Shown here piece after piece: positions 37,491-46,174 of a stretch of 64,000 nucleotides of DNA (positions within the stretch are counted from its first letter, which is position 1; each line of letters opens with the position of its first letter). Below the pieces are notes generated by a model that worked only from the letters and a program-made list of their open reading frames with translations, was not told where the DNA came from and searched no databases. A program made the translations under genes and the position numbers. Source of the stretch: a virus; the IMG/VR virus record IMGVR_UViG_3300032242_003148, positions 101,607-165,606 of that record, one strand, 5' to 3'.

Positions 37491-37565
37491 GCCTGTGTAG
37501 CTCAGTGGTAGAGCAATGGTTTTGTAAACCATCGGTCGTCGGTTCAATCCCGACCTCAGGCTCCA
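37491..37565 (+). tRNA. trnT: tRNA-Thr (UGU), CCA encoded
   Basis: Cloverleaf: GCCTGTG/CTCAGGC acceptor, ATGGT-TTTGTAA-ACCAT anticodon arm, GGTTCAATCC T-loop. Confidence 0.95.
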
Positions 37566-37570
37566 CCTCT

Positions 37571-38221
37571 ATGTCACAAAGTCAAAACAAGATTATCAAA
37601 CTGTTATCAGCGGCATTTAAAGGGAAAAAACTTTCTTTTAGTGGATTTAGAAATCTTGTAGAGGGAGCCGTACTCAGGGGTGAAGGTAATATAATAATAC
37701 TTAGTGGTATTCATGGTGATGAGCCGGCAGGTAATATTGCTGCTGAACTATTCAGAGGTACCAAGGGAGTAAAAGTAATTTCAGGAATAAATAGAACAGG
37801 TAAAAGAAGAATAGATGGCAAAGACCCTAACCGCCACTTTGGTACGCCTGATGAGGGAGAACTTCAAGAGAATATATTAAACGCAATATTTGAAGATCAG
37901 CCTAGACTAGTTATTAGCTTGCACGAAGATAATGAGTCCACAGGTATGTATGCATATAGCTCTAAAACAATGGCTCCTGTTATTGCAGAGGTAATAAAAT
38001 CTTTAGACGTTCCTATAATATCAACCATACACGGAGACACAGCAAAAGACGGAGTTATCTCAGGAGGAAAACAACCATTTCGTGGAACTCTAGAAAGAAC
38101 TTTAAGAAGTTATAGTATACCATATTGTACTCTAGAAACACCCACCTGCTGGGATTTAAAAGTACGCTCTACTTGTCTATCCAAGGCTGTATCTGGTATA
38201 ATAGAGCATGTGCGCATGTGA
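37571..38221 (+). CDS. M14-family (AstE/AspA-like) zinc carboxypeptidase/deacylase
   Basis: GIHGDE, DPNRHF, ISLHED, TLETP; true start ATG 37571 after the tRNA. Confidence 0.8.
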   Translation: MSQSQNKIIKLLSAAFKGKKLSFSGFRNLVEGAVLRGEGNIIILSGIHGDEPAGNIAAELFRGTKGVKVISGINRTGKRRIDGKDPNRHFGTPDEGELQENILNAIFEDQPRLVISLHEDNESTGMYAYSSKTMAPVIAEVIKSLDVPIISTIHGDTAKDGVISGGKQPFRGTLERTLRSYSIPYCTLETPTCWDLKVRSTCLSKAVSGIIEHVRM

Positions 38222-38873
38222 TAACTTTACTTGGGACGCCTGGAAATTTTTTTGTGTATCTACCGGAAGAGAGGCTCTTTGGGGTAATAAAGTAGGTAGA
38301 ATGTTAACCAGAAAGGGAATACTCCCTGCTGGGTTATTACTAGATGTTGGTACAGGCACAGGAGAATTCTTGGATTCCCTTAAAAACTACACAGATAAGG
38401 TAGTAGGCATAGATATTCAAGACTATAGAACCTTAAAGACATTTAAGTTTAAAGAGGTGGATGTAGAGAATTACAAGGGCGCCAAGCCAGATATCGTGAT
38501 CTATAAGCAGGTATTTCATCTAGTTGAGAATCCATTCAACATATGTACAAAGTATCCCAATGCTATAATTATATTAATGCAAATGCCCACAGACGACATA
38601 GAGGGAGACTTTTCTGCTATGGAAGATCCCAGCGCTAATAGAGTCAGATTTAACAGGCTTGGGTATACTACAGAAATTCATTCTGTTGTTTTAAAATTTC
38701 AAATACCCCCACAAAGATACGAACAAATGATATTGGGAGGATATACCACAACATTCGCTAAAATGCCTATGTGTGAAAGAAGAGCATATTGGAACAGAAT
38801 CAAAGATACTTATGACTCTGTGTATAGAGATAGATTAGAAATATTAATAGCTACCCCAGCTTCTCACTTATAA
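38208..38873 (+). CDS. Class I SAM-dependent methyltransferase
   Basis: LLDVGTGTG, VVGIDI, QVFHLV. Confidence 0.8.
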   Translation: MCACDNFTWDAWKFFCVSTGREALWGNKVGRMLTRKGILPAGLLLDVGTGTGEFLDSLKNYTDKVVGIDIQDYRTLKTFKFKEVDVENYKGAKPDIVIYKQVFHLVENPFNICTKYPNAIIILMQMPTDDIEGDFSAMEDPSANRVRFNRLGYTTEIHSVVLKFQIPPQRYEQMILGGYTTTFAKMPMCERRAYWNRIKDTYDSVYRDRLEILIATPASHL

Positions 38874-39318
38874 TTTTTTTTAGCTCTGCCATATCCTCTC
38901 TTATATTGGTTAGATGGCTTTTTAGTTCAATGTGATCCTCTTTGAGCTGAGAGTGATTCTTTAGTGTTTGTCTGTCTAATTCTAGATCCTCTTGCACTTC
39001 TGCTAATAGCTGCTTGATATTTAATACTATGGCGTAAGAATCTTCGTCTAGTTTGATATCATGCAGCAGATGTTCTCTATCCTTTTCACTCTGTCTGTTC
39101 GCACTCATTAATATAAGAGGGGTGGCATAAGCAGCCTCAAAAGACAAAAATAAGTTTAATAGAATAAACGGGTATGGGTCAAAGTGGGTTAAACCAAGTA
39201 TATTAATAATTAGCCAAATAGTTAATAGTGAGGACTGAATAACTATAAATTTCCAGCTACCCAAGAAAGCCACAATCTTATCCGCCAGAACAATACTTAG
39301 AGCTTTGATATTTAGCAT
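38851..39318 (-). CDS. DUF1003-family membrane protein
   Basis: GSW.F; FDPYPFILLNLFLS.EAA..TPLILMS.NRQ. Confidence 0.85.
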   Translation of the reverse strand: MLNIKALSIVLADKIVAFLGSWKFIVIQSSLLTIWLIINILGLTHFDPYPFILLNLFLSFEAAYATPLILMSANRQSEKDREHLLHDIKLDEDSYAIVLNIKQLLAEVQEDLELDRQTLKNHSQLKEDHIELKSHLTNIREDMAELKKIISEKLG

Positions 39319-39338
39319 AGTGTAGTATAACTTAAAAT

Positions 39339-39644
39339 ATGGCTTGGCGTAAACCTACAAAGAAAGAAGCAAGGCGTAGAGACCGCCGTAGAAGAGCTAG
39401 AATCAAACTAGGGAGCGTAGGTAATACTCAGGATGATAAAAAGGTGATAGAGGCTATTTATGAAGCCGCTAGGAGGATCTCAAAATGCATTGGTATACAG
39501 TTTCATGTAGACCATATAACGCCATTAGCTAGGGGAGGAAAACACCACCCTTCTAACCTTCAATTATTGCCGGCAAAGATAAATCTCAGAAAGAAAGCCA
39601 GGATACCAAAAGGACTTGCTCGCCGCCGTAGAAATCCACGCTAA
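39339..39644 (+). CDS. HNH endonuclease
   Basis: HVDHITPLARGGKHHPSNLQLL...N. Confidence 0.85.
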   Translation: MAWRKPTKKEARRRDRRRRARIKLGSVGNTQDDKKVIEAIYEAARRISKCIGIQFHVDHITPLARGGKHHPSNLQLLPAKINLRKKARIPKGLARRRRNPR

Positions 39645-39699
39645 CCCTAGGAACTTACCCTAGTAATTTTCGGCCCTCACAGTGGCACGACGAGCAAAA

Positions 39700-39921
39700 T
39701 TAGTCTCCTGCTATTTTATTAAACTCTTTGATATCTCTATCTGCTCTCTGGCGGAGCTCTACTAATTCTTGCCTGTACTTTTCTAGCGTTCTCGACTGCT
39801 TTGGTGTTAAGTTTAGAGGGTCTATACCTTTAAGAAAAGCTTCTACTTTTATCCTGAGCTCTACCATTCTGTTGTGTAACCACTCCAGATTGTCGTTTAT
39901 CAACTCTAGCTCTTCCTCCAT
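39700..39921 (-). CDS. Hypothetical helical protein
   Basis: 73 aa. Confidence 0.6.
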   Translation of the reverse strand: MEEELELINDNLEWLHNRMVELRIKVEAFLKGIDPLNLTPKQSRTLEKYRQELVELRQRADRDIKEFNKIAGD

Positions 39922-39922
39922 A

Positions 39923-40333
39923 TTATTTCCATTTAGCTGGTTCCGCTCCTTCAGGTTGGGGTTCTAGCCTATAGTCTATGAATAACTCCTGGTTTTTGTA
40001 GATAGGAACTTTAGCAACTATTATATGCTTTTCTAGGTCCCAATAGCAATTAGGAAACTTATTATGGTTTATATATGAAAACTTGGAATACTTGTCCGTA
40101 GTCAAGCATCTCTTAGAATCCAGCATAATAAACCAGTTATTATCTTTGTATTCTTCTGATAGTTCTAGGTAGTTTGTCTCTTTCCAGCTCCCAATGTTTT
40201 TACTATAGTCCACTATAATCTCACCTGGCTCAAAATCTCTAACCGCAAATAGTCCTAAGCCATGAGTAATAGATGGACGCACTTGAGTATCTGGTGCGTC
40301 ATCTATATCAACTTTTATTTCCTCTAGGGTCAT
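39923..40333 (-). CDS. SET-domain protein
   Basis: HGLGLFA..D...GE, YINH...PNC, ELFIDY; start ATG 40333. Confidence 0.8.
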   Translation of the reverse strand: MTLEEIKVDIDDAPDTQVRPSITHGLGLFAVRDFEPGEIIVDYSKNIGSWKETNYLELSEEYKDNNWFIMLDSKRCLTTDKYSKFSYINHNKFPNCYWDLEKHIIVAKVPIYKNQELFIDYRLEPQPEGAEPAKWK

Positions 40334-40334
40334 A

Positions 40335-41981
40335 TTATGCTTCGCAGCTCTTGCACTGCATGATTGAGCGAGCCAACTTCTGACTAGGGTTTGAACTGCG
40401 CTGATAGTAGAATGTCTTGATTCCTTGCTCCCAACCAAAGATTAACAACTCATTAACATCTTTAGGTTTTGCATTGAGCGGGATCATAAGATTCAAGCTC
40501 TGGGCTTGGTCAATATACTTTTGCCGGCTAGCCGCTTGAATAACAATCTCACGTTGGCTGATTTCCTCGAATGTCTTGAATACATCTTTCTCATGGTCAC
40601 TCAAGAATTCAAGGCCTTGTACACTGCCACCATCCACAAGAATTTGCTTCCAGGTTTCTTCGTTGTCCTGCCCTTTTTCTTTTAATAGTTTCTTTAAATA
40701 TGGATTCTTGTATGTGAACTTACCTTTCGCTAGATCTTTCACATAGAAGTTACTAACCATAGGCTCTACACTCTGTGAGACCTGCCCAAGAATAAAAGAA
40801 CTAGAGGTGGTGGGGGCGACTGCAAGAGTTGTACTGTTTCTACGATTGTAGCCTTTTAACAGTTCGGGTTCTCCGAAAATCCCTGCCAACTCCTCAGTCG
40901 CTTTATCTGCTTCCCTCCGAATAGTCTGCCAAATTGTGGTATTGATTAGCTTAGCCTCCATACTCTCAAAGCCTACCATTTTGCTCTGAAGATAAGAGTG
41001 CCAACCTAGTACACCAACTCCTAATGCTCGTTGGTTCATTGCGAATTTACGAGGAGCTTCCATAAACTTAACTCCTTCGGTTTTGTTTATGAACTCTGAC
41101 ATCACAGCATCCAAGAACCATACTAATGTTTTTACAGCGTCGGTATCTTTCATTTCATCCCAACGCTCTAAATTAATAGAAGATAGGTTACACACAAAAG
41201 ATTCATCATTCTCGCTAGACAACATTATCTCACTACATAGGTTACTAGCCCATATCTTCTTACCCTTGTCCTTGTATACTTGAGGTGCGTTATTGTTAAC
41301 ATTATCAGAGAACAAAATATATGGATAACCACTCTCAAAACGCTTCTGGATTACTTTGCCCCAGACTTTACGTTTTGACTTATCCCCATCAATCATGCTC
41401 TTCATCCATTCATCACTCACTGTAACACCAAAGCTCATATCCTGAATAGGGTTACCATCTCCCTTGATCTCTAGAAATTCTTCTATATCTCCATGGTCAA
41501 TAGGAAGATAAGCAGCAAAAGATCCACGACGAACATTACCCTGAGAGATAACATTCATGAGCTTGTCAAACATCTCCATAAAGTGTACAGAGCCTGTGGA
41601 TTCACCACCTGAGTTAATCTTTGCTCCTCGTGGACGTATTGCACCAAAGTAAGCACTAGTTCCACCTCCGCCCTTTGTCATAGCTCCTACCTCGGCATGC
41701 TTGTCTAGTATAGCCTCAATACTATCGTCGATGTAGCTACCAAAGCAGCTAATAGGCAATCCCCTCTTACGCCCGAAATTACTCCAGATAGGAGAGCTCA
41801 AGCTATAGAATCCCCTGTGCATATAATTTTCGAACTTAGCAGCAAAGCCAGGTTCTTTTAATAGTGTCTCTGCTTCTATAGAGATATCTTTGATTCTCTG
41901 CTCTGGAGTTTCACCCTCTAATAAGTAACCTCTTTCTAGGAATTTTCTTGAATCTTTGTTCAGCCAATAAATGTCAGTCAT
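40335..41981 (-). CDS. nrdA: Class I ribonucleotide reductase alpha subunit (no ATP cone)
   Basis: PISCF, SNLCSEI, VCNLSS, APTTSSS, TFYYQR, C-terminal CKSCEA. Confidence 0.95.
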   Translation of the reverse strand: MTDIYWLNKDSRKFLERGYLLEGETPEQRIKDISIEAETLLKEPGFAAKFENYMHRGFYSLSSPIWSNFGRKRGLPISCFGSYIDDSIEAILDKHAEVGAMTKGGGGTSAYFGAIRPRGAKINSGGESTGSVHFMEMFDKLMNVISQGNVRRGSFAAYLPIDHGDIEEFLEIKGDGNPIQDMSFGVTVSDEWMKSMIDGDKSKRKVWGKVIQKRFESGYPYILFSDNVNNNAPQVYKDKGKKIWASNLCSEIMLSSENDESFVCNLSSINLERWDEMKDTDAVKTLVWFLDAVMSEFINKTEGVKFMEAPRKFAMNQRALGVGVLGWHSYLQSKMVGFESMEAKLINTTIWQTIRREADKATEELAGIFGEPELLKGYNRRNSTTLAVAPTTSSSFILGQVSQSVEPMVSNFYVKDLAKGKFTYKNPYLKKLLKEKGQDNEETWKQILVDGGSVQGLEFLSDHEKDVFKTFEEISQREIVIQAASRQKYIDQAQSLNLMIPLNAKPKDVNELLIFGWEQGIKTFYYQRSSNPSQKLARSIMQCKSCEA

Positions 41982-41986
41982 GTGTG

Positions 41987-42970
41987 TTAAAATAAGTCGT
42001 CTTCCCCAAAAGACTGGTTCTTTTTAGCATAACCGGTGGGACGGCTATGGAAGAAATCTGTGTGGTTTTCACCCATCAGTTCTTCTTCAAACCATACAGT
42101 ACCAGCTAAGAGTTCCTTGTCAACTTTGAATACTTTCTTGAATCCAATTTGTTTCATGGACTCATTGATTCTATTCTTGATGAACTCTTTTAGAATAGGT
42201 GCAGAGAGTCCCGGCTCCTGAATACCATTGATCATCCAATCAACAATCTTGGCTTCTGCCAGATAAGCTTCTTCTGCCTCACTTCTGATCTTCTCCTCTA
42301 GCTCTTCATCAAACAGCTCAGGGTACTCTTCACGAATAGTGTTTACCAGCTTGATACCTACTAGTGCGTGAATGTTTTCTTCGTTTCTGGTATACTTAAC
42401 CTGTTGGTCTGTGTCTTTGAGAACATTCTTAAAGCGAGCAAACCAATTAATAACGTAGAACTGACTAAACAGCGAAACGTTTTCAACGAACAGAGTAAAT
42501 AATATCAGGGCATAGAGATATTGCTTTTTGCTGTCCTTGTAGAAGCGGTGGGTGTACTTCTTAAGATATTTAACACGACCCTGAATCCACTCTAATTTGA
42601 GATTCTCCTCGAACACATCCTCTAACCCAAGAGCAGTGATTAGACGCTCATAGGCGTTGTTATGAATGACCTCTACATTAGCCATTACATAGCCTAGATC
42701 TGATAGTGAGGGGTGAGGAAGGTTCTCACCTAGCTTTGCCCAAAAAGACTTCACAGCCACCTCTATCTGCCCCACAGCCGAAAGAGTTCTAATAATGATA
42801 TCTCTTTCTTGCTGGGTGAGGTTTACCTTGAACTGCTGGATGTCTGATTTGAAACTGAACTCTTTATCTGTCCAGAACCCTTCGTGCATTACTTTTACAA
42901 AATCCTCTGTCCAGGGGTAACGATTAGGCTTACGGGACACTTGTTCTTCGAATATTTTAATAGTTTTCAT
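41987..42970 (-). CDS. nrdB: Class I ribonucleotide reductase beta subunit
   Basis: EVIHNNAY, VENVSLFSQF, EENIH, DFF...YAK. Confidence 0.95.
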   Translation of the reverse strand: MKTIKIFEEQVSRKPNRYPWTEDFVKVMHEGFWTDKEFSFKSDIQQFKVNLTQQERDIIIRTLSAVGQIEVAVKSFWAKLGENLPHPSLSDLGYVMANVEVIHNNAYERLITALGLEDVFEENLKLEWIQGRVKYLKKYTHRFYKDSKKQYLYALILFTLFVENVSLFSQFYVINWFARFKNVLKDTDQQVKYTRNEENIHALVGIKLVNTIREEYPELFDEELEEKIRSEAEEAYLAEAKIVDWMINGIQEPGLSAPILKEFIKNRINESMKQIGFKKVFKVDKELLAGTVWFEEELMGENHTDFFHSRPTGYAKKNQSFGEDDLF

Positions 42971-43155
42971 ATAGGTGAGGTTGATTACGGTTTTCTAGTA
43001 TCTAACAGAAATACCCTCTCGTCAACTGTCCGAGAGAAGAAATTCAAAACTATATTTCTTGACACTAGTCTCCAAACTTTTCTAGAGGCTATCTCTAGTG
43101 TAAATAGGGCACAAGTTAATTTAGCTACCTTTAATTGGACATCTTGAATAGCTAG

Positions 43156-43232
43156 AACTGGGTCGGTAACTGGGTCCCAACTTAGTCCCAACTTAGTCCC
43201 AACTTAGTGCCAACTTAGTGCCAACTTAGTGC
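43156..43232. repeat. 11-bp tandem repeat (5 copies + 2 degenerate)
   Basis: (C/G)CCAACTTAGT x5 at 43176-43230, preceded by AACTGGGTC x2. Confidence 0.9.
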
Positions 43233-44032
43233 TTTGGATGTACTGGCGGAGGAAGCGTTTGTTTATAATCATCAAAGGTTTCCACAATAAATTTACATAG
43301 CTCAGAGCGCACAATATCATCTTTTGTAAACTTAGCAGAGAAGATTCCCATACCCTGCGCAGCCTCTGTATCAAATATCTTAGCACAAGTGGTAAATCCA
43401 CCCTGTTTGTTGTATGGAAGATCGCTCTGGTCAGGATCAGCACAAATGATAAGCTTACTGAATTTACCTATACGAGTCATAAGTGTTTGAAGCTCGTTCA
43501 ATGTAAGATTTTGGGCTTCATCCACAATAATGCATTTTGCTGTCCAACTTGCTCCACGGCAGAAATTTACAGGTTTGTATATAATCCTGTTTTCTGCTTT
43601 TAGCTTCATTCTGTCTGGAGTGCATAGCATTTCTTCTAACTTGTCTCCAAAAGGAGTCATGTATTCCCCAAGCTTGTCATCCACATCACCAGGAAGCATA
43701 CCAAGCTTTGTATCTCCAGATTCAACAGCAGCTCTAACACATATCAAATCAGATATCTTCTTCTGGTTTAATAGCTCTAATGCTGCTCTTACAGCCACAG
43801 TGCTTTTACTAGAACCTGCCGGCCCTGTGAGGAATATAACCCTGGTGTCCTTGTGGTTTGCTAGTGTTAAAAAAGCCTTTTGTTTTTCTGTCCAAGGAAG
43901 TTCTCTTATATTCAGTGTCCAATCTATTTTTTCTCTTTGATAAACCTTAGGGCTGGTGTCTGGTGTTTGCCCCTTCTGCTCCTTTGCGGCCCCCTTTTCC
44001 TGAGCAGGTTTCTTCCTTTTTGGTTTTTGCAT
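43226..44032 (-). CDS. phoH: PhoH-family ATPase
   Basis: GPAGSSKS, LGMLPGD, RG, IVDEAQN, TRIG, DPDQSD, DIVRS. Confidence 0.92.
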   Translation of the reverse strand: MQKPKRKKPAQEKGAAKEQKGQTPDTSPKVYQREKIDWTLNIRELPWTEKQKAFLTLANHKDTRVIFLTGPAGSSKSTVAVRAALELLNQKKISDLICVRAAVESGDTKLGMLPGDVDDKLGEYMTPFGDKLEEMLCTPDRMKLKAENRIIYKPVNFCRGASWTAKCIIVDEAQNLTLNELQTLMTRIGKFSKLIICADPDQSDLPYNKQGGFTTCAKIFDTEAAQGMGIFSAKFTKDDIVRSELCKFIVETFDDYKQTLPPPVHPKH

Positions 44033-44129
44033 ATTCCATTAGTTCATTGTACAGAGAGCGACGTGCTTCTGGGGTTAATTTTTCGAATTGGCTATAATAC
44101 TGATATAGCATGGTGTCTTTTATATTCAT
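43947..44129 (-). CDS. Small hypothetical protein
   Basis: 60 aa directly behind TGGTATAAT promoter; tail overlaps phoH. Confidence 0.45.
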   Translation of the reverse strand: MNIKDTMLYQYYSQFEKLTPEARRSLYNELMEYAKTKKEETCSGKGGRKGAEGANTRHQP

Positions 44130-44146
44130 ACTATATCTATAGGCAA

Positions 44147-44155
44147 ATTATACCA
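44147..44155 (-). promoter_or_regulatory. GGTATAAT-class promoter
   Basis: TGGTATAAT without a good -35; same motif at 44592-44599, 44888-44896, 51553-51560. Confidence 0.6.
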
Positions 44156-44176
44156 CTAACCAGGTAGGGGAGTCAG

Positions 44177-44212
44177 TAGCTAAAAAAAGAGGGGTTGTTA
44201 GCCCCCCTTTTT
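44177..44212 (-). terminator. Stereotyped terminator (CTAACAA loop, T-run-AGCTA)
   Basis: GGGGGG-CTAACAA-CCCCTC-TTTTTTTAGCTA. Confidence 0.8.
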
Positions 44213-44375
44213 ATTTGCCTCCAACGGCATCCAGAATCATATATTCTCCTATGGTTCCAGAAAGGAAAAGTACCGATGCAAATTTCCAATCCCACCCCTG
44301 CAGGAATATATACTCACCCAATCCGATAACTATTAGCGGCAATACTATGGCTGTGTAAATAATGAATGTTTTCAT
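44211..44375 (-). CDS. Small two-TM protein
   Basis: MKTFIIYTAIVLPL...; ATGA-coupled to upstream ORF. Confidence 0.55.
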   Translation of the reverse strand: MKTFIIYTAIVLPLIVIGLGEYIFLQGWDWKFASVLFLSGTIGEYMILDAVGGK

Positions 44376-44545
44376 CTTATACAAGGAACCATTGTCCACT
44401 TATCGTTAGGGCACTTATACACTCCAGGGATGGTGTACTGCTGAATCAAACCGCACGCCGGACACTTATAGGTGTACAGCTGAACTGCTATGCTTGCGCT
44501 AACAGTAAACAGTAATACACTTAATAATAACATTATATTTTTCAT
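44372..44545 (-). CDS. Small secreted Cys-knuckle peptide (57 aa)
   Basis: MKNIMLLLSVLLFTVSASIA-VQLYTYKCPACG...YKCPNDKW; absent from ORF track. Confidence 0.6.
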   Translation of the reverse strand: MKNIMLLLSVLLFTVSASIAVQLYTYKCPACGLIQQYTIPGVYKCPNDKWTMVPCIR

Positions 44546-44646
44546 ATTCATTTGGTTAAGGGTTATGAAATAGTTGTTACTACTTCAATGGATTATACCC
44601 GTATTAGAGGGTAAACAGGGTAGGGGGACCCCTGGGGGTATATAGA

Positions 44647-44680
44647 TAGCTAAAAAAGAGGAATTGTTGGTTCCTCTTTT
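44647..44680 (-). terminator. Stereotyped terminator (CCAACAA loop, T-run-AGCTA)
   Basis: AAAAGAGGAA-CCAACAA-TTCCTCTTTTTT-AGCTA. Confidence 0.8.
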
Positions 44681-44685
44681 GTGCA

Positions 44686-44850
44686 TTATTTCATCTGGTT
44701 TACAACTCCTGTAAACCATCTGCTACCGATCTTGGCTTTCCAAGTAGTTGCTTTATTAGCATTAGCTTCTTCAGCTTCTCTAATACTTAACTTGGATAGA
44801 TTTTCAAGCCTTCTTTGAGCTTGAATATACCGGCTTTTGTTTGTTTTCAT
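44686..44850 (-). CDS. Small basic protein (54 aa)
   Basis: MKTNKSRYIQAQRRLENL...; sits between a TGGTATAAT promoter and a terminator. Confidence 0.55.
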   Translation of the reverse strand: MKTNKSRYIQAQRRLENLSKLSIREAEEANANKATTWKAKIGSRWFTGVVNQMK

Positions 44851-44930
44851 TGTTTGTGACTAGGGGCATAGCGCCCTTTATCTAATTATTATACCATTTA
44901 AAAGAGCTTTATTGGTAGTGGGGTAAGAGG

Positions 44931-44983
44931 GCTAAAAAAAGGCTATAACCTAATTCTCAATTAAGAGAATTAGACTATAACCT
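44931..44983 (-). terminator. Long-stem terminator
   Basis: AGGTTATAGTCTAATTCTC-TTAATT-GAGAATTAGGTTATAGCCT then T-run-AGC. Confidence 0.75.
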
Positions 44984-45179
44984 AATTTTACTGCTTTCGT
45001 GGATTGCCTAGTATTACAGTAAATTACAACATGACCTCAGAAAATTCGAGGCGGCAAGACTCTCACGACTTATCTTTTACGCGGCAATAACACTAACCGG
45101 TAAATTCTTATTAGTTGTGCATTCAATATTATTATTGAATGCGCATAACTAGTTATTAATTAATATAAGTTTAGAAAAT

Positions 45180-46100
45180 CTAAACCTCACAATTAACTAA
45201 CACAGGATCTATGAGAATGTTTTTTCTAATAGAATAACCTGGGCCACACGCCTGACTTCTCCAATGCCCCCGTCTATAATGCATAACAGGAGAAGAATGT
45301 GTCCCAACACTTTCGCTAACTCGACGGATCTGGTAATTTTTTCCAATCCAAATAGGATTAAAAACATTACGTTTAACCATGGAGGCTTGATGTACGGTTT
45401 TACCTTCGGTAGTATTTTTTTCTACTAACTCAGGTTTAGCCATCATAAACAATATTAAATTAGTTGTAATCCTTAATATGCGTTTTGCAAATATACTATC
45501 TTTTTCTTTTTCTAGCACTCCAGCATTGCCCATATGCTCAGGATTTAAACTAGCCAACCTACTGTTTATGCTATACGTTTGTGTTATATTATTTGTACTA
45601 ACCGCAGAAGATGAGCATATTCCAACCAATTCTTTAGTAACCCCAAACTTATCTTTTGGTTGAAACTTTGCTACTCCTATCCAGTTATAGCTTTCTCTCT
45701 CATGGGAAACCAACAATCCCGCTGGAAGTAAAAATGCCATGGCTGGAAGAGGCCAGTTTAAGTCTCCTAAGGTCATATTTTCCGGAAAGTCAGTTTTATC
45801 TGCCATCTGAAACATAGCCTCAGTTATCCAGTAACAGGGCTGATTATATTTTGTTAATTGAACTCCAATTAACAAACCATTAGCAAGACCCAGTCTATTT
45901 GTATTTTCATCTGCAGATAGCTCGCGTCTTTTATTTAACTCCGAATACTTGTCATGGTCTATACAAGTTTGAGTAAAAAATGCTGCCGCCTCTTTAGGAT
46001 GTCCCCAACCTCCTACCCCATTATACTGTTTAGGATAAAACAATTTAAACTTTTCACGTTCGTTCCTTTCTAACCATTTTATAAACCTACCTTTTGTCAT
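45180..46100 (-). CDS. Phage protein with C-terminal HxRRGHWR motif
   Basis: HSSPVMHYRRGHWR...I.P.LVN. Confidence 0.7.
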   Translation of the reverse strand: MTKGRFIKWLERNEREKFKLFYPKQYNGVGGWGHPKEAAAFFTQTCIDHDKYSELNKRRELSADENTNRLGLANGLLIGVQLTKYNQPCYWITEAMFQMADKTDFPENMTLGDLNWPLPAMAFLLPAGLLVSHERESYNWIGVAKFQPKDKFGVTKELVGICSSSAVSTNNITQTYSINSRLASLNPEHMGNAGVLEKEKDSIFAKRILRITTNLILFMMAKPELVEKNTTEGKTVHQASMVKRNVFNPIWIGKNYQIRRVSESVGTHSSPVMHYRRGHWRSQACGPGYSIRKNILIDPVLVNCEV

Positions 46101-46174
46101 TTTATTTTATTTGTTTATATGGGATTAAAATATGAGGTCTCTCTGGCTCCCAATTAACCAGAGAGACCTTGTTA

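Noticed and set aside
37505-37570. N-terminal extension MVEQWFCKPSVVGSIPTSGS of the M14 ORF
   Set aside because: It is a translation of the tRNA-Thr sequence
40335-42970. Firm host assignment from nrdAB style and SD-poor starts
   Set aside because: Suggestive of a host that uses little SD pairing, but this needs phylogeny or spacer matches that cannot be run here
42985-43191. 68-aa ORF or NrdR boxes upstream of nrdB
   Set aside because: The ORF starts at TTG inside the tandem repeat and covers a likely promoter; no convincing NrdR palindrome
43156-43232. CRISPR array
   Set aside because: Units are 11 bp and contiguous, with no spacers and no cas genes
45085-45120. Twister ribozyme (TAACACT...CCGGT resemblance)
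   Set aside because: The remaining conserved core and pseudoknot partners are missing
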